Shown in pieces: positions 44,936-56,377 of a stretch of DNA of 64,000 bases. Position numbers and translations under genes: made by a program. Source of the DNA: Rebecca billardiae RCC1528. Its lineage: Eukaryota > Protista > Haptophyta. Location: assembly GCA_965240325.2 (NCBI GenBank), contig OZ251234.1, positions 1,674,001 to 1,738,000 on the forward strand, written 5' to 3'. The notes below the pieces were generated by a model that saw nothing but the letters and a program-made list of their open reading frames with translations, was not told the origin of the DNA and searched no databases. Every line of letters begins with the position of its first letter. The first letter of the stretch is position 1.

Positions 44936-46203
44936 CTTCTGGCCGACTGCTTGAATACCATGTATGACCATGGCTTCTGGCTGGGTGAGCTGCCGGCCTT
45001 TGTGCGACTGCTTGCTCTGTGCAGCGCTGGGGCACCCACATGGCAATGGCTGGCTGCGCGCAGATAATGAAGTCAGTGAAGTGAGGGCTCTGTTGGAATG
45101 GTCCGCGGACAGACGGCGCTGACAACCACTCGGGCACTAACCAGACTCAGACTGAGAGTGAGACTGGTCAGTCAGATCCGAGTCAGAGTCCGAGCGTGAC
45201 GGACCGACGCCGACGGGGCTCAGTGGAGTCACCGCCAGTCGTAGCGGATTTATTCGGAAGGAGGGCCAATATAAGGTTGGCAGCATCGGCAGCCATCGGC
45301 TGAGTGCTGACCCGCCGCTGACCGGAGTGATCGGTTTCGTCATCAGCCGTTTTTTTTTAATTTACGGACTACGACACTCGTCATTTATTCACTATGACAA
45401 TTAAACTGTATTCAGTCGTATATTCATCACGCAATTCACACTAATACTGCTATTCAGCGTCGCCCCCCGGAGAATAATTTATAATCGTCAGTCGTTAAAT
45501 AAGCTACTACGGTCGTTAATGGTTCCGACTGCACTAGTGGTCCGACTCGGCAAGTCCGCGGACAGGTCCGACCGTCGGTATTCGTATTGATAACGATTAA
45601 TTACATATTTATATCCGGCCCGCCATTATAATATTTGACATATGTGATGATTGATCGGTCGGGCCTCGCGGCGGCCGCGCCGCTGCCGGCCTGCCGCTGG
45701 CGGCACGAATTATCTCATATCCGATCTGCTGATTTTTGTGCGGAGCGCCTCACAGGGCCTTGACAGGGTCGTCTCACGTCTGCCGACTCAACGGCATTGG
45801 CTTGGCAGACCGAGGCGGCCGTCAGGTATGATTAAATGATGATATTATGATGCTGGTGAACGAAATAATACTCCGCGGGATAGAATATAACAGTTACTAG
45901 CAGACCTAGCAGACAGAGCAGTAGTGTCTTATTATATAAGACAGTTGACACGGGTTCACTCAGCTCCGAGCAGACAGTGTCAGTCGGTCCTGCTCTAACT
46001 AACACGTGTATCTCAGCTAGCAGCAAACGGCGGTCTCAATGTCGTCGGCGGGGGCCGCGTCCGAGGCGGGTCCGCCTGACTCGGCTCAGAGTAGCCGGAG
46101 CTCATGCCCGTTGGCCCGGCCAGTGCCCGTGGCCGCGTGCCAGACCGGCCGACGCACAGATGGATGGGCACCACATCGCTGACGTACTGGCAAGGGAATC
46201 CGC

Positions 46204-46671
46204 CTAGATGAGCTTGGCCATCTTTGCGCCGTGATAGAACGCGAGACCAATCAACGGGAAGTCACCCAGGTGCCCAAGACCGCCGCCGAGCATGCGACCT
46301 TGCGGCCCGCCGGTGGCGTAGCCGTAGCCGTAAATGAAGCGCGAAGCGACCCAGATGCCCCCAAACGCGGCTGCGGGCTTCGGTGCGCACAGCCCCACGA
46401 CGAGCATGAGAATCATGATTGGGGCCCACGACTCGAGCGTGTTTTGATGTGCACGCTGTACGCAGTTGAATGCCTTCGCATGCTTGTGCGACTCAGGCGC
46501 GTAGAGTGCCGGATATTGCACATCATACTTCTTGCGCGCGAGTACGACATTGATCGTGAGGTAGAGGTTCATGATGAATGAAGCGGCGAGCACGAGGACG
46601 ACATACCCGTACTCAGGCGTGATTTCAACCACCGGTTTCACGGGCGGCTCGAGGGACGGCGACGAGCCCAT
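46204..46671 (-). CDS. MGST3: Microsomal glutathione S-transferase 3 (MAPEG family)
   Basis: Motifs EYGYV, ARKKYDVQYPALY, FNCVQRAHQNTLE, RFIYGYGYATGGPQGR. Confidence 0.95.
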   Translation of the reverse strand: MGSSPSLEPPVKPVVEITPEYGYVVLVLAASFIMNLYLTINVVLARKKYDVQYPALYAPESHKHAKAFNCVQRAHQNTLESWAPIMILMLVVGLCAPKPAAAFGGIWVASRFIYGYGYATGGPQGRMLGGGLGHLGDFPLIGLAFYHGAKMAKLI

Positions 46672-46845
46672 GTTGAGGTCGGCCGCGCGCGGGGATGAGG
46701 CTCGGCGATCGGCGATGACGACGGCTGTTTGTCGCCAAGCAAGTACGGTATCAAGGCCGCCGTTTCACGTTTCCGGGAAGGGAAACCCGAAACCAAACGA
46801 CTGCCGATTGCCCGCCACAGTCCACCGGCGACTTCATCATCTCCG

Positions 46846-48150
46846 ATGACGAAGCGCTCCAGCCGCGCCGGTGAGCGCGCACTCGCCGTCCTGGTCGTGA
46901 ACGCGGGCTCATCCAGCCTCAAGTATCAGCTCTTCGCCTACCCTGGTGGGCCGGTCAACCGGCCGACTGTCGTCACCTCGGGCATTGTCGAGGGCATCGG
47001 CGAGTCGCAGCGCGCGCAATGGCGGTACGAGTTTGGCACCGAACGCGCAAACAAGCCGGTGGACGCCTCAAATCACGGGGAGGCACTGACGCTCGTGCGC
47101 GAGCAGCTCAACGCAAAAAACCTCCACATCGACTGCTGTGGCCATCGCGTCGTGCACGGCGGCTCCGACTTCTCCGCGCCGGCCGTCGTGGATGCTGCCG
47201 CGCTCGAGCGCATCTCTGAGCTGCGCACGCTCGCACCGCTGCACAACCCGCACAACGCCCTGGGGATCCGCGTGGCGCGGGAGGCGTTCCCAGACGCGAC
47301 GCAGGTCGCCGTGTTCGACACCGCCTTCCACGCCACCATGCCCGAGCGTGCGTGGCGGTACCCAATCGAGCGCTCGCTCGCGGACTCGCTCGGCGTCCGA
47401 AGGTACGGCTTCCACGGCACTAGCCATGGGTACGTGCACCGCCGTGCCGCGGGATTCCTGGGTCGGGAGGGTGGCTTGACGTGCATCACCATGCACCTCG
47501 GCAACGGTTGCTCGCTCGCGGCCATCCAAGCGGGCGAGGTCGTCGACACTTCGATGGGGATGACCCCTCTAGCCGGCGTGTGCATGGGCACACGCTCAGG
47601 CGACATCGACCCGTCCATCTGCGCACACCTCGCGGCGCAGCGTGGGATGTCGGCAGCCGAGGTGGACACGCTGCTGAACAAGCGCTCTGGGCTCCTTGGC
47701 ATCTGCGGGCACAACGACATGCGCACCATCGAGCGCATGGCTGCGGGCGATGGCGCGGGCAAGGGCGTTCGCGACGCAGAGCGCGCCTCCGCGCAGCTGG
47801 CCATCGACATCTACGTTCACCGTGTGCGGCATTACCTCGGAGCCTATTGGCTGCAGCTGGGCAAACTTGACGCCGTCATATTCACCGCGGGCGTGGGAGA
47901 GAACTCTGCACTCATTCGCGGACTCGTGATGGCCGACCTCGGCCACATGGGAGCGCAGATCGATGAGGGTAAAAATGCAGCGTGCTCAAAGGGGGCGCCA
48001 GGTCATGATGGTGACGTGGCCGACATCAGCGCGCCGGGCTCACGCGTGCCTATCCTGGTCGTCAACACAAACGAGGAGCTCGAAATCGCAGAGCAAGCGC
48101 GTATGCTCGTCGACTCGTCGTCTGCTGTGAGTGCTGATGATGCACCATGA
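46846..48150 (+). CDS. ackA: Acetate (propionate) kinase
   Basis: Motifs NAGSSSLKY, GHRVVHGG, APLHNP, VFDTAFH, RRYGFHGTSH, HLGNG, DTSMGMTPL, GTRSGDIDP, FTAGVGENS, TNEE. Confidence 0.96.
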   Translation: MTKRSSRAGERALAVLVVNAGSSSLKYQLFAYPGGPVNRPTVVTSGIVEGIGESQRAQWRYEFGTERANKPVDASNHGEALTLVREQLNAKNLHIDCCGHRVVHGGSDFSAPAVVDAAALERISELRTLAPLHNPHNALGIRVAREAFPDATQVAVFDTAFHATMPERAWRYPIERSLADSLGVRRYGFHGTSHGYVHRRAAGFLGREGGLTCITMHLGNGCSLAAIQAGEVVDTSMGMTPLAGVCMGTRSGDIDPSICAHLAAQRGMSAAEVDTLLNKRSGLLGICGHNDMRTIERMAAGDGAGKGVRDAERASAQLAIDIYVHRVRHYLGAYWLQLGKLDAVIFTAGVGENSALIRGLVMADLGHMGAQIDEGKNAACSKGAPGHDGDVADISAPGSRVPILVVNTNEELEIAEQARMLVDSSSAVSADDAP

Positions 48151-48264
48151 CGACGAGTGTTCGACGTACGTTAATAACGTTGGCGGCGCCCGGTGCTGCT
48201 TTGAAACAACTACAGACCGCCTCACCGCCTGTAGCCTGTGTTACCGAGTACGAGGGTATATATA

Positions 48265-48333
48265 TATGATCGGCTACGCCGATCTTCGGGTAGTGAACAA
48301 CGAAGTTGGGGGCGCACGGCCCTAGTGGCTAGT
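48265..48333 (+). mobile_element. Helitron-like mini-element, copy 2
   Basis: (TA)n-TGATCGGCTACGCCGATCTTCGGGTAGTGAACAACGAAGTTGGGGGCGCACGGCCCTAGTGGCTAG|T; two hairpins and a CTAG end. Confidence 0.55.
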
Positions 48334-48348
48334 GCTCAGAGTCACCGA

Positions 48349-49673
48349 TCACGCAGCTTGTGAATGTGTCTGTGAGCAGCAGCCGCGGCTTGTGACGACA
48401 CGGTCGGACGGTCGGACGGTGCCGGTGCGGCGGGGGCAGCGGCGGCGCGACGGCGTCGGCGGTGGCGCGCTCGCACAGCGTCCTGCAGCACGTAAGCGCA
48501 GCGTGACTGCGTGTGCAGCAGCGCGCCGCTCAGCTCCCGCCGCTCCACGCCGCCGCAGCGGCGCGCGCGGCGCGCGCCCGCTTCGGCCGCGGCCGCGCCC
48601 GCCACCGTCCGTCGCGCCGCCGCCAGCTGCTGCGCCGTCGGTGACGGCGGCGGGTCGAGTGCGGAGAGGAGGTGGATGAGCCAGTGCAGCCCGGACTGCG
48701 TGACGTCCACGTCCACCACCGCGTCCTCCTTCGCCACCGCCATCTCCTCCGCCCGCCCCGCCCCCCAGCGGCGGTCCCACCACCCAGGCGGCGACCGGCC
48801 CGGCGCGCGCTGCGGGCGCCCGCGCGCCGCCGCTGCCGTCGGCGGCGGCGATCGCGGCGGCGAGCGGCGATCGCGGCAGCCCGTCGGGCGGCGGCGGCGG
48901 CGCGCCGCCGCCCTCCGCTCCGCCCTCCGACGCCGCCCTCCGACGCCGCCCTCCGACGCCGCCCTCCGACGCCGCCCTCCGACGCCGCCCTCCGACGCCG
49001 CCGCCTCCGATCCGCCCCGCCGCCGCCGGGCGACTGCGCTCGGATGACGAACCGGCTGGGCGGCAGCGACCAGCCGCGTGGGCGGCGTGACGCGACGCGC
49101 TCTCCGCCGCTGACGGAGGAGTTGACGGAGGTCGTGCGCGCGAGGTCGGCGGCGGTGTGCGCGGCGGCGCTGGGCGAGTGCGCCAGCCTCTCGGGCAGCA
49201 CATGCCCCGCCGCGCGCCCGCCGCCGCCCACCGGCCCAGGCTCCCGCGCTCGGCCTCGCGCCGCACCGCCGCGCGGTCCGAGTGCAGACGCCTGTCGACC
49301 GGATAGGTCAGATTTGCGACGCAGCCTGCGGAGAGGGTGGCGCATGCGGCGGGCTCGGCGGGGTCGAGCGCGCAGTGCGCGATCACCTCGAGCAGCAGCT
49401 GCGCCACCCCGTACGCGCGCAGCATCGGCGCGTCCGGTCGCATCACCCGTGCAGTCCGGTCGCCAGCAAGCCGCGGAGCCGCGGCGGCGGCGGCACGCGG
49501 GCGGCCGCCGCCGGCGAGGGTGAGGACGGACATGCCATTCGGCGCACCTCCCTCGACTGCGCCGCCACCATCGCCCTCGCTCCCTTCAGCCGCCTCCCCC
49601 GACGCCTCCGCCTCCGCCTCCGCCGCACCGACGCCGCCGCACCCGCGGCACTTTGCCGTTGGATCGTCGTCAC
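48349..49673 (-). pseudogene. Frameshifted fragment of a helical (ARM-like) protein gene
   Basis: Protein-like stretches in different frames (PMLRAYGVAQLLLEVIAHC..AGCVANLTY; DVTQSGLHWLIHLLSALD..LLHTQSRCAYVLQD) with no splice signals joining them. Confidence 0.4.
48921..48998. repeat. 13-bp tandem repeat CGCCCTCCGACGC x6
   Basis: Six perfect copies. Confidence 0.92.
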
Positions 49674-49709
49674 CGAGCCGTCACGCGCAACTTTTCGTGC
49701 CGATCATCA

Positions 49710-49990
49710 TTATTGATCAGAGTCTGTCCAGGACAGCGTACACCCATTTGAATCAGAGAGCTCTTATTGATCGCAGATAGAGCACAAACGCGTCGATTCA
49801 TACCCGCATTGGCTTTGAATCAGTTGGCAATACGGGGTGAGGAATCTTGAATCACAACCGTGATTATTGACCTTTCCGCTCAGGCTGTCCAGGACACACT
49901 CACCACACTATTCTAGCGCAGTTCTCTTAAGAGAAGAGGGATGCGTCTAATCTAAAACGCTGTTTTTCAGAAGCGCGTGAATCAAAGCTG
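49710..49990. repeat. AT-richer degenerate repeat / TE remnant
   Basis: CTGTCCAGGACA at 49724 and 49885, each preceded by ATTATTGA; four TGAATCA motifs. Confidence 0.35.
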
Positions 49991-50435
49991 ACGACCCAAC
50001 CTATCGTTTCTATGGTTGGCGAGCTGTTTCAGGCTCTTACAATTCAGGCATCTTACTATGACGGAATGTTCTAACACACGGCTGGTGTTATGTGCTATTC
50101 CACCCTGCATTCCCCTAAGTGTTACTATCGTTAAAATTAGCATCTACTACAAACGCAATCATTGCGGCAGCGATATCCACTCATACGCGGTGGCCACCTA
50201 CCGAAAAATCCCCAAAATCCTGCGCGCATCCTCTTTTTGATTTTGCGGAGCACGTGCGCCGCCCCCCCCCCCGGCTTTCGCTCACGCTCAGACCTTTCGG
50301 GGGGGGGGGGGGGGGGGGGGGCGTGCGCCATAATAACTTCGTTGACAGTTCCGGCCCGCCACGGTTCAATGATTCGTGGCAGATGTCGATCATCAATACT
50401 TGAATATCGATTACGATATCGATATATATTCAAGT

Positions 50436-50475
<40 letters not shown>

Positions 50476-50593
50476 TCTTGTGAATTTAAATTCCAGTCCG
50501 TGTAAGACGGGCTGTGAGTTAGTGCGTAATTTTTTATGATACCGCGTCGTCGCGCCGTTGTTAATACATACGGTCGTGAAGTAACAACTTAAT

Positions 50594-50904
<311 letters not shown>

Positions 50905-51087
50905 TTGTCAATTTTCGTCTCTGATATGGCACCTGCAAGAACAGAACAACTGCCCATGCTGCGGTGAGCGGTCCGAAGCACTTACCGTAGCAGTGGTCCG
51001 TCGCAGTGCCTCCTCAGTGCGGCCCACTCCGTTCAGACCGTTGCTCCGCGTCCTCACGCCGTGACAGTTGCGCTTGTGACCGGGTGC

Positions 51088-51782
51088 TCACGATGGCCTT
51101 CGTTCGGTGCTGTCGTCCGCAGAAGTCTCGGCTTGCGCCATTTCGCGCTGCCGGCGAATGCGGGTACGCACCTCCTTGAAGTCCGCGCCATAAATGAGCA
51201 GCTCCCACCGGTCGAATAGGGCCTGTGACCACTCCTGGCCTGATGTTGGCACGAGGCTCCAGTAAAGCCAGCCGCTGATCGTCGGGCTTCGGCCAGCGGG
51301 GAGTGCGTCGAGGTAACCGCGCTTCAGTGGGCGGAAGACGAAGTCATTCAAGCCATGAGCCCCGCCTGCGCACGCCGTCCCAACGAGGACGATAGGCACG
51401 ATCTGCCGGCGCGGCGCCCCCGCGAGCAGCGCCACTCCACCTGAGGTGTACATTCCGCTCATGATGGACAGTGGGATACCGTCGCGCATACCAGCCGCGA
51501 GGAGAGCTTCGCGCACGCCTGCGGGGAACGCGGGCACATGATGGTGTGGGTCATCACGCAGGCAAGGCAGGAGGCATACGCGTGGCACGCGCTGAGATGG
51601 CACGCACCTGCGAACCCGCCAAAGAGCGCACCAACGCTAAGGCCACCCGCCAGGGCATATCGATGAAAGTGACCCCTTCCCAGTATGGTGCTCCAGAGGC
51701 CACCGCACACGCTCCCCGCAGCGCCGGCGCCGGCGAAGTACTCGGCAACCCTGCCCAGCGGCTGCGCGAAATCCGTCGCCAT
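51088..51782 (-). CDS. Tim17/Tim22/Tim23-family membrane protein, ~201 aa, 2 exons
   Basis: Exons 51782-51608 and 51518-51088. Gly-zipper TM helices; GALFGGFAGVREALLAAGMRDGIPLSIMSGMYTSGGVALL resembles the PRAT motif. Confidence 0.6.
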
Positions 51783-51887
51783 CGTGAGATGCGTCACTGG
51801 AGCTGGCTTGGAGTCCGGAGGCCGGCCGGGGCGGCGGCGGCGGCCGCGGGCGGCGGCACGAAGCTCTCCACCGACGACAAGGCAGAC

Positions 51888-53129
51888 ATGGAAGGCACGG
51901 GCAGGCGAGGGGGCAGGGGCTGCCCAGATTGGGCGTGTCCGGCGTGCAGCGCGCACGTCTTTGGCTCTCGCACATCGTGCTACAAGTGCGGCACTACTCG
52001 GCCGCAGCATAGCGCTCCGGCGAGAGCAGGCGACTGGACATGCCCGGCGTGCCACGCTCACGTCTTTGGCCACAAGGCGGCGTGCTTCCGGTGCGGCGTG
52101 GGCCGCCCAGCGCTGGCTCGAGGTGCGCCCAGCCGATCGCGGGGCCCGGCCCTTGCTCCGCCAGCCTTCTCACCGGCGATCACCATGCCTTCGCCCGCGC
52201 GCGAGGACGAGCTGCTGACCGTCGGCACTTTCAACGTGCTCCACCCGCCGCACGCGCTGCATTACGGGGAGCCGGAGGGCCTCGACGCACAGACCGGGCA
52301 GAGCAACTGGGCCGCCCGCGCGCCGCGCATCGGCGGCCTGCTGCGCGAGCACGCGCTCGACGCGTACCTGCTGCAGGAGCTCGGCCCGTCTGAGTTGGAG
52401 GACCTGAGGCCACTCGTGGAGAACGCGTACGAGGTCGTGTACGCCAGGCACCCGCTGCGCGAGGGCGGCGATGGCGTGTGCGTGCTGCTGCGCAAGGGGC
52501 GGCTCGAGCTCGAGCGTGCCGAGGCCGTCCCGCTCAAGTGCCGATGGCCCGAGCCCGACGGCGGCGAGCCGTACATGTGCGTGGCTGTTGCCGTCGCGCG
52601 TGATCTGCGCAACGGCGGCGCGCGGCTGCTACTAGCGTGCGCCCACCTGTACAGCAAGAAGACGCACCGCCCGGAGGAGACGCTGCTGGACTGGCTCGAC
52701 GCGCGCGCGCCTGAGGTGTCTTGCGTGGTCTGGGGCGGCGACTGCAACCGCGGGTACGCGCGCGGCGAGCGCGCGCCCTACGCCTGCGCGCCGCCGGTGC
52801 GGCCGACGCGGCGCGCAAGCGGCAAGACCATCGACTGGATCTTTGCCCGCGCCGGCGGACGCGCGCCGCACCCACCGGCTGAGAATGACAACGGCGGCGA
52901 GGCGGACCGTCGGGGAGGGACGAGCCCGAGGTGGGGTCCTGCAGGCGAGGCAGGTAGCTGCGCCCCCGTGCGCACCGCGCGCACGGAGGCTTTCGTCGAG
53001 GCCACATGGCGGGCGACGCCGCTCCTCTCTGACCACTACGCAGAGGCTGTGGCCGTGCCCGTGCCGCTCCGCGCGCATCGTCGTCCTCGTCCTCACCAGC
53101 CTGCGTCGATCATCCAGGGCGATCCATGA
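51888..53129 (+). CDS. Two RanBP2-type zinc fingers + EEP (endonuclease/exonuclease/phosphatase) domain
   Basis: Fingers DWACPACSAHVFGSRTSCYKC and DWTCPACHAHVFGHKAACFRC; EEP motifs TFNVL, LQE, AHL, GDCN, IDWIF, SDH. Confidence 0.88.
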   Translation: MEGTGRRGGRGCPDWACPACSAHVFGSRTSCYKCGTTRPQHSAPARAGDWTCPACHAHVFGHKAACFRCGVGRPALARGAPSRSRGPALAPPAFSPAITMPSPAREDELLTVGTFNVLHPPHALHYGEPEGLDAQTGQSNWAARAPRIGGLLREHALDAYLLQELGPSELEDLRPLVENAYEVVYARHPLREGGDGVCVLLRKGRLELERAEAVPLKCRWPEPDGGEPYMCVAVAVARDLRNGGARLLLACAHLYSKKTHRPEETLLDWLDARAPEVSCVVWGGDCNRGYARGERAPYACAPPVRPTRRASGKTIDWIFARAGGRAPHPPAENDNGGEADRRGGTSPRWGPAGEAGSCAPVRTARTEAFVEATWRATPLLSDHYAEAVAVPVPLRAHRRPRPHQPASIIQGDP

Positions 53130-53175
53130 CGACGACCGGGCGGCGGCGGCGGCATCAGCGGCATACTGCTGCCTA

Positions 53176-54164
53176 TCCCCTTACCGCAGTCTGCTTCTAT
53201 ATACGAAGCAGATTTGGGTGGGCGGCGGCGTGGGAGCGCTGGGCGCGCAGGTAGACGGCGCGAGCGGGCGCGCGCACGCTTGGGGGCATCTTTGGGACCA
53301 TACCCATCGATGACCCGAGCCTCGCCGCCACCGCCCTTCCCCTTCTCCCCGGTGCCACGGCGTCCAGACGGAGTGCCAAACGAGCGTTTGAACATGCCAC
53401 GAAGCAGATTTGGAATAGTGCTCAAACCGCTGCGGAGGTGATCGTCAGGCTGCGGCGTGAGGCTGGGAGGGGTATAATAACGTAATGGATGACGGTCGTC
53501 ACCCGTGCGCCGGTCGGTAGGCTGCTACTCAGCGCCCAGTAGGCTCGTACGCTGCACCTCGAGCTCAAGATCCCTCACCGTGGGCTCCGCGCGAGTGACA
53601 CTGAGCACGAGGAGGGTGTACTTGCGAGGGGTACGCGCGTCGCGCCTGCGATCGACGCCAGGACAAGCGAAGAAGCGATACCACCACTCCCGCGAAGCGC
53701 CTGCCTGACTTGCACTCGGTGTACACACTGCGTGCGGCGTGCCGCAAGGAAGGAGCCCGACCCGTGCCTCAGCGTGTCCCGCGCGGCTGGCTGGTGGGCA
53801 CTTTCAACGTGATCGGTCATGCGAACGCGCGCAGAGTAACGCGCGCAGTATGTACACTGTCTACAATCATCTTTGTCGGTCGCCCACGTGCTTGAAGCGG
53901 CTGCAAGGAGTGCAGCCGGGTGTCGCGGGCCAGTCGAGCGCCCAGCCAGCACGACGGCAGCTCGGCGCCGCCGCGCGTTGCCATCGTGGAGGCGGTCAAG
54001 CTGGAGTTACTAGGCTGGCGGCTGTCTGAGGGTAGCTAGACCATGCCTGGGCACTCTCAAGCCGTGTTCAACGCCCAGGCGCGCGTGGGTGGGCCGCAAA
54101 GCGCGCGCAGCGGCCGCCGTCAAATCTGCTTCCATACGAAGCAGATTGAACTGCGGTAAGGGGA
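53176..54164. mobile_element. Non-autonomous TA-flanked TIR transposon (~990 bp) with hairpin-containing TIRs
   Basis: Left TA|TCCCCTTACCGCAGT..CTGCTTC..GAAGCAGATTTG; right CAAATCTGCTTCCATACGAAGCAGATTGAACTGCGGTAAGGGGA|TA. Internal third copy CGAAGCAGATTTG at ~53400. Confidence 0.85.
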
Positions 54165-55604
54165 TATGTGGCGTTATAACGGAGTTATAACCGAGTGTGT
54201 CGGGAGGCTGGAAAGGCGACGCGCAGCTGGTGGACAAGGGTCGCCATCGTCTTCTAGGTCCTGCAGGTAGTTGTAGCCGATTTCCGGAGCTCATCGGCCA
54301 CGGAGCTATCGTCCTTTATATTGTGACAATCATCATAATGGCGGCCGCTGGTCCTTTCATATCGGCCAACCACATCACTGGCTCCTCTGTAAGTACCCGC
54401 TCCTCTCCACTATCCGGCGCTCGAGATCATATATATATATATCCAAGATCATCTTAAGTCGGCATGGCAACTTATTACCAAAGTTCATCAAGCAGCCCAC
54501 CTAGCAGAGCTCGCTCGATCATATCGGTTACACGACCTCTCCGCTTTCGGGCCAAGCTGCTCATCTCTAGGCCACCCCTGCTTGCCTGCGCATCGCCATC
54601 AGCAAAGCCCGAGGTCTCATCTCCTCTGCGTTCCTTGCTTGTGCTCGTTGAGGGGGGCAGCCCCATCGAGGCTGCCCCGGGCTTCTTGGCCAGACCGGCT
54701 GGTGGATGTTCCAGTTCCGCTGCATTCGTTTGCAGAGCGGGGGGCCGTCCCATCGAGGCTGTCCCGGGCTTCTCAGCCCGACTGGCCTGATTCCTTCCGC
54801 ATACACCTACTGGCCCGGCGAGGGTTGTGTGCCAACGCGCTATGCGTGTGCGTGTGCCCTGCACGTGTACAGGTGTCTCAACCCAACGCCCTGGCTAACT
54901 CTCCACCCACCCAAAAACAAAAAAATTTCCCCCAAAAAAACCAACAAAACGACGCCGCCTCGCCGTCGGATTTCTGCTGCTCGCTACGCTTCCTCATCAT
55001 TGGCTTCATGACCATGTCCCCTGTCGCCCACCTCCATCTTGCTGCGTCGTCCTCATCATCACATCAACTGGATCACTCAGGCCTGCTCACACTAACAACG
55101 GGACCTTGCTGCCACGCTGGCGCAGTCTGCGCGCAGCTTTGGCACCGTCGGCTCAGTCGCTCTTCCCGTTCAGCCAGGGACAATTCCCCACCATGCGCAA
55201 GTATATATATACATCACCATTTCTGCATGGTGTGTATCATCGGCATTTGCTGCATGCTCACATATGTGCTGCAATACCTGCCCTCGCATGCACATCACGC
55301 AGACTGTGGGTGATGTGATGTTCGTCCATACTCAATGGCGTCGCGTCGCTTTCTATGCAGGAGGACACACACTCACACACACACACACAGCACACACACA
55401 CACACTCACACACACACATACATACTATATATGCAGAGCAGTACTGTACCGTATTGACCCGCTACTATGTGCGCGACTACTACTGCTTTGTCTACGTACT
55501 TTGCTGATGCCGCTGCTGCGGCGCTGCGCTGCGACTCGCCGACTCCTCAGTCGTCCTACGTCCACTCCGCGCCCGTGTCGGCATGCCGCCGGCGGAATAA
55601 TGAG

Positions 55605-55715
<111 letters not shown>

Positions 55716-56257
55716 TATTAATCACCAGCATCATGATCATCTGATCAGCGCGCGCCGTGCTATTTTAATACCTACTTATTCTTATACTGAGTCAGCGCCA
55801 TCTCAAGTCATCGTCACGGACGATCAGTCATCATCATAGTAGTCGTCATCATCACTCATCCATCACAGACACAGACGCCGTGCCGCGCGAGCGGCGAGGC
55901 CCAGTGTCCAGTCGCGGTCGCGGACCGGATTCAAGATGCTGCCGCCATTAATTATCCAGCATGATCCGCCGCCGCGCCAATATATGCGCCACATATATCC
56001 GTCTGCCGCAGCTGCTCGCCGCTAGGTCGGCGGGCGGCGACATTGACTACTCGACCTCACCCTCATCCAAGTGCTCCGGAAGGCGCTCGGCCGCGGCGGC
56101 ATCTGCGGCCATCTGCCGTCGCCGCCGCGTGCCCCAGGCCGAGGCGGTGCTCCATCCCGCGGCCCTGCTCCCTCAGAGGGGCAGGGCTGCGGGTGGCGCA
56201 CTGCCTGACCTGGTTGGAAGGCGCGGACGCATTCTATGTGTCTGCTGCACTCTGAGC

Positions 56258-56328
56258 CTGACGCTTGCCCGTTGCATACCACGTCGTTAAATATATCTGA
56301 CGCCTGCCCGTTGTCACATACCACGTCG

Positions 56329-56337
<9 letters not shown>
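56258..56337. repeat. ~40-bp tandem duplication followed by (TA)n(TG)n
   Basis: CTGACGC.TGCCCGTTG[TCA]CATACCACGTCGTTAA twice. Confidence 0.85.

Positions 56338-56377
<40 letters not shown>

Noticed and set aside
42802-48150. Functional cluster of haloperoxidase-like gene, MGST3 and ackA (halogenation/detox)
   Set aside because: Adjacency alone in a eukaryote with mixed neighbours is not evidence; synteny or co-expression data would be needed.
53710-53895. Duplicated EEP pseudogene (LVGTFNV)
   Set aside because: Similarity is limited to ~15 nt and lies inside a TIR element; probably chance.
54475-54864. Minus-strand ORF with an 87-bp-period internal repeat
   Set aside because: No recognisable domain and lies in degenerate intergenic DNA; cannot be supported as a gene.
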